DNA from: Stramenopiles sp. TOSAG23-2
Lineage: Eukaryota
Assembly (NCBI GenBank): GCA_900128395.1
Contig: LT649302.1
Coordinates: forward strand, 1-41,399
Direction: 5' to 3'
Length of the DNA: 41,399 bases
Under the pieces are notes generated by a model. That model saw nothing but the letters and a program-made list of their open reading frames with translations, searched no databases and had not been told where the DNA came from. Numbering within the stretch: the first letter of the stretch is position 1; each line of letters starts with the position of its first letter. Of this stretch, positions 32,209 through 41,399 are shown one piece after another. The position numbers were made by a program, and so were the translations under genes.

Positions 32209-33426
32209 TTAATACATATTTGAAAAATTTTCATACTCATGGTAAGTAAATCTCCCTCTTGATACATTGAAATTACTAGTAATTCTTGGATCTTCCCATG
32301 GTGATCGACAAAATATACATGTTATTGCTGCATTCGTCTTCTTTTTTTGACCAATCCACATATCCATACATTGTGTGTGTACAGGATTGCCACATGTAGT
32401 ACGACAATGTACTATCTCATCGGTTTGTAGAATATTATCGAAGCAAATTGGACATGTGGTATCATCAGTAATTTCGCGACATTTTACATTACCGCCATCA
32501 TCATCTTTATCCTTATTAGCATCGCCATCGTCTACTCCAGTAACTGCTTGGATGATTCTTGAATTTGCTTTGATATTATTTCCTAAATGTGCAAGACGTT
32601 CGCTTGCATTATCAAATAATTTTTTCAATTCACTTTGTAACAATGCTTTTTGCCATATCACAGGATTGGTACTAGAAACGCCTAAAACTTTGATGAAGGT
32701 AAAAAGTATGTGTTTGCAAAGATTATTACGACGTAAATGATCTGGACAAGTACATGTTGGACGTTTCGATATTTCAACACTGTACAAATTTCCTGTTGAA
32801 CCTAAAACTTGGAAATCCATTCGTAAATTTTCACCAGTGGAATTATCGGTACCAGTCACAAGAAATAATCTTTGTCCAGCGGCACGTTCAATTCTTTCCA
32901 TAGTACCATAAGTGGGTTGACTACAATACCGTGCTGCTCTTTTTTCTGTTTCGACATTCTTTGTTTTTTTCTTCTGTTTTTTCTTCTTTCTTTGTGTCGT
33001 ACTAATAGTGGTAGTAGTGGTGGATGATGATAATGTGCCATTATTGTTATTACTACTAATAGTAGCGATATGATTATTATTGTTACTATAAACTTGAGGT
33101 GCAACACGAACAGTAGATGATTTATTTTTACAGTCGAGTGTAAGTTTTAAAACATCTTTCGATTGTTTCATTAATCCAGCTGCAGTTGATACACGTAAAT
33201 TACCTTCGTATTTTATACCATTAATTGATTTGATAATACAACCAGATAAATCGACAATTGCTGCACCTTTTACTTTAGTATTTTTACACTTGTCAATGCG
33301 CACTTTGAGCATAGAACCAAGAAGCGTCTGTGTTATTTGCAAACCAAACGAACCATTACTCATTCTTGGTAAAGCAATGTTAATTTTGTAACTATTACTT
33401 GGTGTCTTTCTTTTTGTTCCTGACAT
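32209..33426 (-). CDS. SWIM zinc finger + RING E3 ligase (ZSWIM2/MEKK1-N-like) with an N-terminal PDZ-like domain
   Basis: VLGSTGNLYSV..CTCPD..CKHILF (SWIM), CPICF..CRTTCGNPVHTQC..W..CIFCRSPW (RING), and SFGLQI..IIKSING..LKLTL (PDZ-like). The first ATG is at 33426; the ORF-track start at 33447 is TTG. Confidence 0.88.
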   Translation of the reverse strand: MSGTKRKTPSNSYKINIALPRMSNGSFGLQITQTLLGSMLKVRIDKCKNTKVKGAAIVDLSGCIIKSINGIKYEGNLRVSTAAGLMKQSKDVLKLTLDCKNKSSTVRVAPQVYSNNNNHIATISSNNNNGTLSSSTTTTTISTTQRKKKKQKKKTKNVETEKRAARYCSQPTYGTMERIERAAGQRLFLVTGTDNSTGENLRMDFQVLGSTGNLYSVEISKRPTCTCPDHLRRNNLCKHILFTFIKVLGVSSTNPVIWQKALLQSELKKLFDNASERLAHLGNNIKANSRIIQAVTGVDDGDANKDKDDDGGNVKCREITDDTTCPICFDNILQTDEIVHCRTTCGNPVHTQCMDMWIGQKKKTNAAITCIFCRSPWEDPRITSNFNVSRGRFTYHEYENFSNMY

Positions 33427-33982
33427 GATCAAATCTTGGTATTTCAATAATAATAAGAGTAATACGTTCTGAAAATTATAGTTGTTGTTGTTGTTGTTGT
33501 TTTATTACTTTCCAAAATCTTCATTTCTTTCTATATCATATAATTCTTAGTTTTATTAATTACGTATTATTTGGATGTAATTTAGATGTCATTTGTACCT
33601 ATTTGCGATGTGTGTGTATTGTGTGTGTGCGATCAATTTGCCTCTCATAATATAATATTAGCATGGCAATAGCACTGTCGAACTTGGCTCTCGGAAGAAA
33701 GTGAAAGTGGCGATTTTATTGGAGAGGAAAGGTACATGGGTCGAGAGAACTCAGAGAAGTACATCCTTGTGTGTGTGCGTGTGTGTGTTTATTAAATGTA
33801 CTCTGGGGAAACGAAAGATGTATTATATATATGTATGATAAAAATACCTGTGTTGCAACTTTAAAACATACGTGTGCGTATGTGTGTGTACATTAATGTA
33901 ATTTTCAAATTACGCAAATGTTTAATGTTTATGAGTAATATCACTTTTTGCAGAAAACTCTCTATATTACGTAAGATATATG

Positions 33983-34627
33983 TCAAAATTCAATAGATGA
34001 TACTAAATCAATTAATTGCAATGGATTTTGAGCAATGATTTGCATGAATTCTGGATTTCGTTTACCAAGTCTCATTAATGCTTCTAATACTGCCTTAGAT
34101 GATGTATCTCTATCGTGCCTATTTGCATGATGGCATGCTTCATAAAAGTCTTGATCTTCTAATAAAAACATTAATAAATTGTTTACATTATTATTATTGC
34201 CATTGTTATTGTTATTATTATTATTTGGAAGTTGAAATTGTTCCTGCTGCAACATCATCATCATCATCATATCATCATTATTATTCTGATTATTATTGTT
34301 ATTGTTGTTGCTATTACTACCACCATTATTTACATTTTCATTTGGTAATACCCCATCAAATAAATACGCTGCCGCTGCTTCTTTACTACCACTACACAAC
34401 AATAATGCATTCCTTACTTGATCTTTTGGAAAACCTAAAGTACAAAGTAAATTCATATCTTCGTCTTTTATTTTATCATCATTTTTATTATTATTATTCT
34501 GATTATCATTCGTCTCACCAATATATACAACATCATCATTTGTCAAATCTTGTACCACTTGTCCATTTTTTGGTTTATTACCTTCCTCCTCTTCGTCACT
34601 ATCATCTAATACAATAACTTCATTCAT
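33983..34627 (-). CDS. SIM + UBA + STI1/XPC-binding-like (RAD23 C-terminus-like) protein
   Basis: UBA: LCTLGFPKDQVRNALLLCSGSKEAAAAYLF. C-terminus LMRLGKRNPEFMQIIAQNP. N-terminal VIVLDDSDEEE, VQDLT and VVYI motifs. Confidence 0.75.
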   Translation of the reverse strand: MNEVIVLDDSDEEEEGNKPKNGQVVQDLTNDDVVYIGETNDNQNNNNKNDDKIKDEDMNLLCTLGFPKDQVRNALLLCSGSKEAAAAYLFDGVLPNENVNNGGSNSNNNNNNNQNNNDDMMMMMMLQQEQFQLPNNNNNNNNGNNNNVNNLLMFLLEDQDFYEACHHANRHDRDTSSKAVLEALMRLGKRNPEFMQIIAQNPLQLIDLVSSIEF

Positions 34628-35108
34628 TGTTTCTCATATATATATATATATATGTATTGTCTACATTCTATCTATTTCTATATCTACTATTTCTTTTTTT
34701 TTTTGTATTTTTTTTACATAGTTTAAAGTATAATAAAATACACACCGAAGAACGAAAAGTTGCATGCAAAAGTTAAAAAAGTATTTATTTAAAAAAAAAA
34801 CTTAAACTGGTAAACATGACTATTGTTGTACTTATATACTATAAAGACTTGATAGGAGGTGATATGAAAGGATAATTTACAATTTTATACAACATTTGCA
34901 ACATTTGTTTTTCTTCTTGTAAAATTTTTATATATAATAATTGTATCAATGTATCAATGAAATCAACAATCCTACGGAAACGAATATCATACCATATCGT
35001 ATATTTATCATATATTATACTTTTCTTTATGTTTGTTTGTGTATAATATATAGTATAGGCTAGGACATATAGATATATTTATATATATTAGTTTTTTTTA
35101 CAATAAAA

Positions 35109-36254
35109 ATGGCACATAAATTAAACCCAAAAAAAAGTGATGAATGGTCCAAAAAAACAACGAATAATGTAATTAGCCAATCACATGCGTTACATAATAA
35201 TAGTAATGATAACAACAATGGCAACAATACGGCAAAAAGTATAATTGCATCATCAGCTACGCGTCAAATACAACGGCATCAATCAGATGATTGGAGTAAA
35301 ATGGCACAACCAATACCAGCATCTAAAAAATTAGTTGGGCAAAGTATTGGACAACGAAATAATAATAATAATAGTGATGGTGTGATAATGCCTGTACCAA
35401 AGAAAATAACTACAACTACATCACAAGCAACATCAAATACAAATGATAGAAAGAATAATAATGATGATGATGATGAAAAAGAATTTGAAGATTTTCTATT
35501 GAAAAAAAGTCATACTATGTTACATAAAGATAGCCAAGCGACAATACCAAGAATTAATAGTGATATAAATCCACATGAAATTCAACGTAAAGAAACGATA
35601 TCTGATCATTGGAATCAAGGGGATGCTGATAGCCGTCATGAAATACAACGTAAAGATACAGTTTCGTTGGAATTAGTGACTGCAGACTTACCAGCACGAA
35701 TTGATGTAGATACGGCAATGAAAAATTCAGAGAAAAAACATTCAGATGATGTAAAAAAGAGACAAGAAGAACAACATAAGAAATGGCTACTTGCAGAAAA
35801 AGCAAGAAAAGAAAAAGAAGAACAATTACGAAAAGAAGCAGAGGAACGACGAAACAAATTAGAAAAAATTAAAAAAATTCCATCAAATGATGCTAGGGCA
35901 TTGATATGTACAAAGTCAATTCTATGTTGTTATCAAAAATTTGAAGATTTACATGTTGTATTTGATCATATATCTAATGAAATACAATTTTTTAATTTAA
36001 CTGATAATCATATTGATAATAAATTTAATAAAGTTACTGAACGTGGTGTTCGTTTCGGCGGTATGCCTTTAATAAAATTATGTAATGGTAAAATAAATCG
36101 AAATGGAAATGAATCGTTTATCTTTCAAAGCATAGATGGTGTAAAATGTAATTTTAAATTTGAAGCAACAAATAAATGTGATGAATTTATTAAATTATTA
36201 AATGAATCCATGGGATATGCTGAGTTAATGGGTCATAATATAAATAGGTATTGA
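35109..36254 (+). CDS. Hypothetical protein: low-complexity N-terminus, coiled coil, possible PH-like C-terminal domain
   Basis: 381-aa ATG-TGA ORF with host-like codon and poly-N usage, ending in beta-rich sequence plus a helix (KCDEFIKLLNE). Confidence 0.7.
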   Translation: MAHKLNPKKSDEWSKKTTNNVISQSHALHNNSNDNNNGNNTAKSIIASSATRQIQRHQSDDWSKMAQPIPASKKLVGQSIGQRNNNNNSDGVIMPVPKKITTTTSQATSNTNDRKNNNDDDDEKEFEDFLLKKSHTMLHKDSQATIPRINSDINPHEIQRKETISDHWNQGDADSRHEIQRKDTVSLELVTADLPARIDVDTAMKNSEKKHSDDVKKRQEEQHKKWLLAEKARKEKEEQLRKEAEERRNKLEKIKKIPSNDARALICTKSILCCYQKFEDLHVVFDHISNEIQFFNLTDNHIDNKFNKVTERGVRFGGMPLIKLCNGKINRNGNESFIFQSIDGVKCNFKFEATNKCDEFIKLLNESMGYAELMGHNINRY

Positions 36255-36549
36255 AATTTTTAAAATTGTGTGTGTGTGTGTGGAAAGAAATACGGTTCGT
36301 ACGGGTTTCGTGCGTATAAATTTTTGTCAACAAATGTGTGTGTGTATGTGTGTGTAATACGTTTTTATGTTTTTTTATATTACCTGTAATGTGTACACAT
36401 ATATTTTAAAAAATAAAAAAAAATACGTATCATAAAATATTAAATTTTAAAATAATAAAAGACTTTTTTGACACACGCACTACATAAAACGCACTCTTTA
36501 TTCTTTAAATAATTTTTTTTTTAAAATATCACCACACCACCTCCTTAAC

Positions 36550-37266
36550 TCACTTACTACTATGACATTGACCACCACGTACAGGATATTTAAATAATTC
36601 GATAAATGCATTCATACGTGTTTGTGTATGTACATACGTTTGGATAAATGAATTTGTTTCAATGTGATGGGAAGAAGCTACTTCTCTTCTTGATGATAAT
36701 GCACGTTTTGTTGCTATTGGTATTGCAGATGTTAATAATAATTTTTGTGAATAATGATATGGCGTTGGTTCATGTTGATTTGCTTTTAATATAGGTGGAA
36801 ATGTTTTTCCAAGCATATTCATTTTAAACAAAGCATTTTTAATAGCATCTAAATCATGCATACATTCGACTTTTTCATTTTGTGGAAAAAATCTTACTGA
36901 TGGAAATTTATGTATATTTAATTTATGTAAAAATGTATAACTATGTGGATTTCCAATCGGGAAAGATCTGGATGCATCTCCAATTGCTTTTGCAAATGTA
37001 AATCGTTGCATTGATGGTGTTTTTTCTGATGCTAATGCCGATAATATATGTTCAAAATCTTCACATTGATGGCAATCTGGTTTATAAAAATAGATAATCA
37101 ATGGATTATCAACTGTTGCTTTATTTATTAAATGTGTATATACATCAACAGAACGTTCTGGACCTGAATTTTTATCTATATCAATTAATGGTGTAAATGA
37201 TACAATTGATGATGGTACTAAAATGATATGTAGCAATACAATACAATATATTGTGAATGATTTCAT
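36550..37266 (-). CDS. Signal-peptide-bearing thioredoxin-fold (PDI-like) protein
   Basis: IIYFYKPDCHQC (CxxC), cis-Pro motif IHKFPSVRFF, and a hydrophobic N-terminus. Confidence 0.8.
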   Translation of the reverse strand: MKSFTIYCIVLLHIILVPSSIVSFTPLIDIDKNSGPERSVDVYTHLINKATVDNPLIIYFYKPDCHQCEDFEHILSALASEKTPSMQRFTFAKAIGDASRSFPIGNPHSYTFLHKLNIHKFPSVRFFPQNEKVECMHDLDAIKNALFKMNMLGKTFPPILKANQHEPTPYHYSQKLLLTSAIPIATKRALSSRREVASSHHIETNSFIQTYVHTQTRMNAFIELFKYPVRGGQCHSSK

Positions 37267-37563
37267 CTTTATATTTTTTTTGTTTTTTTTTTTAAATATT
37301 CTTGCAAATTTGATTTGATTTGTAACTATGTTTTAATAGCATTGTTGTTTTATTATGTATGGGAATGTTTTGTTAAAATTTGTTTTTTTTATAAATGTGT
37401 GTGTATCGATATATTAATTTTCCCCTCTTTTTGAGCCATGGATATGGGTGCATAATGATAAATTATAAGATAGTAGTATAGTAATACAATGGTATTACAT
37501 GTCTGTATGCTATATCCATGTAGGTAAACAAAGTAAAAAAGGTATTACAGCACTATACTGAAT

Positions 37564-38202
37564 TTACCTTGTGATAATAATTTTACATTTTACATAATTA
37601 AAATATATACACTGAGTATGTGCAATATTAAATGGTCCATTCCCAAGCAAACTTTGAACAATTGGTATTTCATCTTGAAAACGGTTTCCTGGAGTCCACA
37701 GAGGAATACTTGGTTGTAAAACGGTTGTTGCATTGCAAGTATCATCTATTGGACTAATTTGGCTACCAAGCCAGTTGGCTGCACATGTAAGGAATTGTTG
37801 GTACAAATATTCACCATTATCAACTGCATTTACTACTGGCATATTTATTCTCATTGGGTGTCCCAAATACAATTCAGAGTTACACCCAGATTCATTACCA
37901 ATTATTGTCTCATGACTTATTGTCAAATCCACTTCAATGATGTATCGAAAATTTACATGGAGAAACAGAAGCAATGTACACTTGTCTAACATGCTACAAC
38001 TTTCCCATCCAAGCTCATTTAGCAATTTATCAAATACTGTCATTTCTTTTCTTGTACCTACAGATGGTAGCAACCAAACGCTCAAACAAGCATTATGGAA
38101 GTTGGAACCTCCGACACCGAACTCCGTATAGTAGCGATCAGGAGATTGTTGGAAAGTGTTGGCCATACAGTGCGGTTTGTTAATCTCTTTGATCGCTGCC
38201 AT
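37564..38202 (-). CDS. Hypothetical protein (~212 aa from ATG 38202), family not recognised
   Basis: Long open frame with globular-looking composition. No motif recognised. Confidence 0.4.
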   Translation of the reverse strand: MAAIKEINKPHCMANTFQQSPDRYYTEFGVGGSNFHNACLSVWLLPSVGTRKEMTVFDKLLNELGWESCSMLDKCTLLLFLHVNFRYIIEVDLTISHETIIGNESGCNSELYLGHPMRINMPVVNAVDNGEYLYQQFLTCAANWLGSQISPIDDTCNATTVLQPSIPLWTPGNRFQDEIPIVQSLLGNGPFNIAHTQCIYFNYVKCKIIITR

Positions 38203-38284
38203 GCGGTCCGCGGGGATTCGCAATGCACGAATGCAAGGAGGGATTTTGGGGGGGGGGCATTCGGAAGAAAAAACAAAGGAATGA

Positions 38285-38650
38285 TTTCATGCCCAGAATA
38301 CATACTGGAAATGGAAAAGCGAAATTAATGTATTCATCGGCGCTGGTGCTTATGAGGATATGGCACATCCAGATTTACCACCACGTCGTTATGGTGAGTG
38401 GGGGGAGATTGGGGCAGGCACATTGGTGCTACCACATTTGTGCAATTTTGGTGGGAAAGGTGACTCTTGGTTGGCATATTGGGACAAGTGGTGGAGGTTT
38501 CTCTCGGTAACCTGTAAATCTTCAACGCATGAAGATTGGCAAGCGTTTGTTGACAGGTTCAACCAGGTTCCTGGTTTACTTTTGGGTTTAAAAATAAACA
38601 ACCGGTGCAAAGGAAAGGTGCAACAAGAAGGAGGAGAACAAAAAAAGTAA
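38285..38650 (+). CDS. Trp-rich hypothetical protein fragment (ATG 38360; frame open from 38285)
   Basis: Protein-like sequence (..INVFIGAGAYEDMAHPDLPPRRYGEW..WLAYWDKWWRF) ending 4 bp before the HMG-box ORF. Confidence 0.35.
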   Translation, partial: FHAQNTYWKWKSEINVFIGAGAYEDMAHPDLPPRRYGEWGEIGAGTLVLPHLCNFGGKGDSWLAYWDKWWRFLSVTCKSSTHEDWQAFVDRFNQVPGLLLGLKINNRCKGKVQQEGGEQKK

Positions 38651-38654
38651 AAAA

Positions 38655-38975
38655 ATGATAAAAGTATTTGGGAAGCATGAAGTACAAATGTATCAATTGA
38701 GAACAAGCAAAACAAAAAAGATTCCATTGAATCCACGTTCGCTATTTATGCAACAAAGAGGTTATGGACTGAATGAAGCAAATTCTCGTTGGAATGAGCT
38801 TCCCGAAATTCAAAAAGCCAAGTATCGTATTATGGCTGAGGATGACCGAAAACGGTACTTCAAGGAAATGGAAACTTGGAGAATCCAACACATATTAGGT
38901 AACTTTATAAAGAGTTTCAACAGTGTAGGTGGTTTAACTTTGGTGTTAAACAGGAGGGGGGAAATACGAAAATAA
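38655..38975 (+). CDS. Small HMG-box protein
   Basis: KKIPLNPRSLFMQQ...SRWNELPEIQKAKYRIMAEDDRKRYFKEMETW matches HMG-box helices 1 and 3; helix 2 is shortened. Confidence 0.7.
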   Translation: MIKVFGKHEVQMYQLRTSKTKKIPLNPRSLFMQQRGYGLNEANSRWNELPEIQKAKYRIMAEDDRKRYFKEMETWRIQHILGNFIKSFNSVGGLTLVLNRRGEIRK

Positions 38976-39321
38976 TAGCAAGCAATAGCATCTTTTTCAT
39001 GTTCTTATAAGGGTTTAATATTAGCATGAGAATAGCATTACTACGTGGTACCGCAGAAATATTGAACAACACTATCCTCATACATATGTATGATCCCACA
39101 CAAGTACAATAATTTACACTCCTCTCTAATAATACTACCTGGGTGCCTGGTAATAATAATATGCACAAAAAAATAATTAATTAGATTAGAAATTATTAGA
39201 CACAACTATTTTAAATTTATATTGAACAATAGTAAATAATAGACGACAACTAGATTATAGATATATATCATCATCATCATCATCATCATTACATCATATA
39301 TTCAATATAGAAATATATCAT

Positions 39322-40562
39322 ATGTCATCATTTGCTAAAAACAACAACAATAATAGCAATGTGCCAACAGCACAAGCTGTACCAGTAATGGTACAACATC
39401 ATTCATCAAATAATGTTCCTGTTTTTATAGGTAATCAACAGTGCCAACAGCACAAGCTGTACCAGTAATGGTACAACATCATTCATCAAATAATGTTCCT
39501 GTTTTTATAGGTAATCAACAACAACAATCATTTTTAGGACAACAACAACAACAACCACAACGTACTCAACAAGTCATTGAAAGATCAAAAACTTTTCTAC
39601 AATCAAACAATTGGCCATCAGGTCTTGCTGATAGTATGATAGGTGATCTCAATCAAGTTTGGAAACGTTTCTTTATTGTAGATGATAGTGGTTCAATGAA
39701 TGCTAATGATGGTAATAAAATTGAAGTTACACGCTCACGTGGACCAATGGTTGTCAAATGCAGCAGATGGGCAGAATTAAAATCAGCAGTAGATTTTCAT
39801 GCTGAATTTGCTTATTTATCTCAATCCACATCGGAATTTCGTTTATTAAATGCAGGTGCACCATTGACTATTGGCCAACGTGAAGATAATGGCGAATCAT
39901 TACAATTATTTCGTGGAATTTTATCTGGAGGTGCTACTGGTGGGACTCCGTTATGCTATCATATTACCCAAATTGCAAATGAAATCAAACAAATGGAAGC
40001 TACATTACGACATGAAAATAAACGTGTTACTGTTACAATTTTTACAGATGGTGAAAGTAGCGATGGTGATGTAGCACAGGCATTGAGGCAATTAGAACGA
40101 TTACCATGTTGGGTTTGCATACGATTATGTACAGATGAAGAAAATGTAGTAAATTATTGGAATAATGTTGATAATAATTTAGAATTAGCAATGGATGTCT
40201 TGGATGATCTATTTGGCGAAGCTGATGAAGTTTATGAACATAATAATTGGCTTACATATGGTGAACCATTGCATCGATTTAGAGAATTCGGTACACATAG
40301 GAAAGAATTAGATATGCTCGATGAGATGGATTTATCTACAGAACATTTACGAGGTACATTATCAATATTATTTGGTGGTAGGGAAAATGATTATCCACAT
40401 CCTGAAGCGGACTTTAAGGATTTTTATAATTATTTAGAAAGAGATATTTTACAAAACAATCCACCTGTATTAAATCCAAGGACACGAACAGTAGAACCGT
40501 GGATAAATTTAAAAAATATTGCTAAAAAATATGGTAAAGATGGTGGTTGTATATTGATGTAA
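39322..40562 (+). CDS. von Willebrand factor A (vWA) domain protein with a C-terminal CaaX box, interrupted by an 80-bp duplication
   Basis: MIDAS motif IVDDSGSM, GGTPL and IFTDG; ends CILM. ATG 39322 is in frame with GTG 39361 (MSSFAKNNNNNSNVPTAQ..). Confidence 0.88.
39361..39520. repeat. Perfect tandem duplication, 80-bp unit (39361-39440, 39441-39520), frameshifting
   Basis: GTGCCAACAGC...GGTAATCAACA occurs twice and the unit ends at the start of a CAA tract. Confidence 0.96.
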
Positions 40563-40714
40563 AATATGATATAATATGCATTGGTCATGTGTGGGTGTCT
40601 GTGCGTATTGATCCGTAATAGTATTTTTTTTAATAAATAATATGATATAATATGCATTGGTCATGTGTGGGTGTCTGTGCGTATTGATCCGTAATAGTAT
40701 TTTTTTTAATAAAT
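40563..40714. repeat. Perfect tandem duplication, 76-bp unit
   Basis: AATATGATATAATATGC...AATAAAT starts at 40563 and again at 40639. Confidence 0.94.
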
Positions 40715-41001
40715 GTTAAATGTGTGTGTATGATATGATATCATATTTTTTAAAAAATAATAATTTAATTTTTTTACGAATTCTTGATTAAAAATATATG
40801 CATCTCTCGTATTTTATTAAAAATATTTTACACACATTTTTAATATATATATATTATTAAATAATTTACGCAATGGTGTAATTTAATTGGTGTGTGTGTT
40901 ATATTATTTTACGTACGAGTACGAGTATTATTTTTTACGAAAATGTAAAAACAAGAAAAATATTTTAAATTTTAAATTTAACCAAGAATTAAACACAGAC
41001 T

Positions 41002-41399
41002 TCATCTTCTTGCACCTCCTGGTGCTACTGCTCCTGGTGCTGATGGTGCACTATAACTATATGCCGTAGGATGTACTGGCGCGCCACCATTTAATGGATA
41101 TGCTGGTATATTGCTTGTAGGTCTAACTGGTGTAGCTGGTGAAATAATCGATACATGTTCTTGTCCCATTAAATTTGGATTTTCAGGACGGTGCATGAAT
41201 TCTGGTATTTCTTTCATCATTTTATATGTATGTTGATTTAATTTAAAAATTGCATTTCGTAATTCAATAAATGCATTTGTAGCAGCAGATGGTGGGCTAT
41301 AACTATATGCCGTAGGATGTACTGGCGCGCCACCATTTAATGGATATGCTGGTATATTGCTTGTAGGTCTAACTGGTGTAGCTGGTGAAATAATCGATA
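41002..41399 (-). CDS. 3' end of a gene entering from beyond the window (Pro/Ala-rich C-terminus)
   Basis: The frame of ORF 41002-41220 stays open to the window edge (..PPSAATNAFIELRNAIFKLNQHTYKMMKEIPEF..). Confidence 0.7.
   Translation of the reverse strand, partial: SIISPATPVRPTSNIPAYPLNGGAPVHPTAYSYSPPSAATNAFIELRNAIFKLNQHTYKMMKEIPEFMHRPENPNLMGQEHVSIISPATPVRPTSNIPAYPLNGGAPVHPTAYSYSAPSAPGAVAPGGARR
41051..41399. repeat. Direct repeat with a 246-bp period (41051-41153 = 41297-41399), second copy cut off by the window edge
   Basis: CTATAACTATATGCCG...AATCGATA is identical in both places. The period is a multiple of 3. Confidence 0.9.

Noticed and set aside
37447-39166. GTGCATA...TATGCAC as terminal inverted repeats of the 37.5-39 kb island
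   Set aside because: The match is only ~7 bp in AT-rich DNA, with no target-site duplication.
1-41399. tRNA, rRNA or snRNA genes
   Set aside because: None were recognisable by eye. A tRNAscan or Rfam search would be needed to exclude small RNAs.

Overview
Eukaryotic, strongly AT-rich, gene-dense nuclear DNA with no introns I can demonstrate. It is most likely from a protist, and the gene set and poly-Asn/Asp tracts are compatible with a stramenopile; the taxon is an inference. About 23 protein genes lie mostly in alternating divergent/convergent orientation: two MORN proteins, sortilin/Vps10, a CSN9-like peptide, three ankyrin proteins (one fused to a 2OG-Fe(II) oxygenase), a 1737-aa SANT/Myb-Tudor protein, a class I HDAC homolog that has lost its catalytic residues, fucose mutarotase, RNA Pol III subunit RPC4, a Myb/AT-hook gene with a zinc ribbon behind an in-frame TAG, a TOM1/THH1-like membrane protein, KLHDC4/Kel3, a PDZ-SWIM-RING protein, a SIM-UBA-STI1 protein, a thioredoxin-fold protein, an HMG-box ORF and a CaaX-ended vWA protein. 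Non-coding structure not explained by the genes: (1) a recurrent TACGAA-N(0-4)-TTCGTA dyad found only downstream of genes, mostly between convergent pairs; (2) a 604-bp TTAA-flanked TIR element (Kolobok/T2-like MITE) carrying a perfect 36-bp palindrome; (3) a diverged ~200-bp dispersed repeat behind two ankyrin genes; (4) about ten short, near-perfect head-to-tail duplications (53-246 bp) that are most likely assembly artefacts and break two genes.
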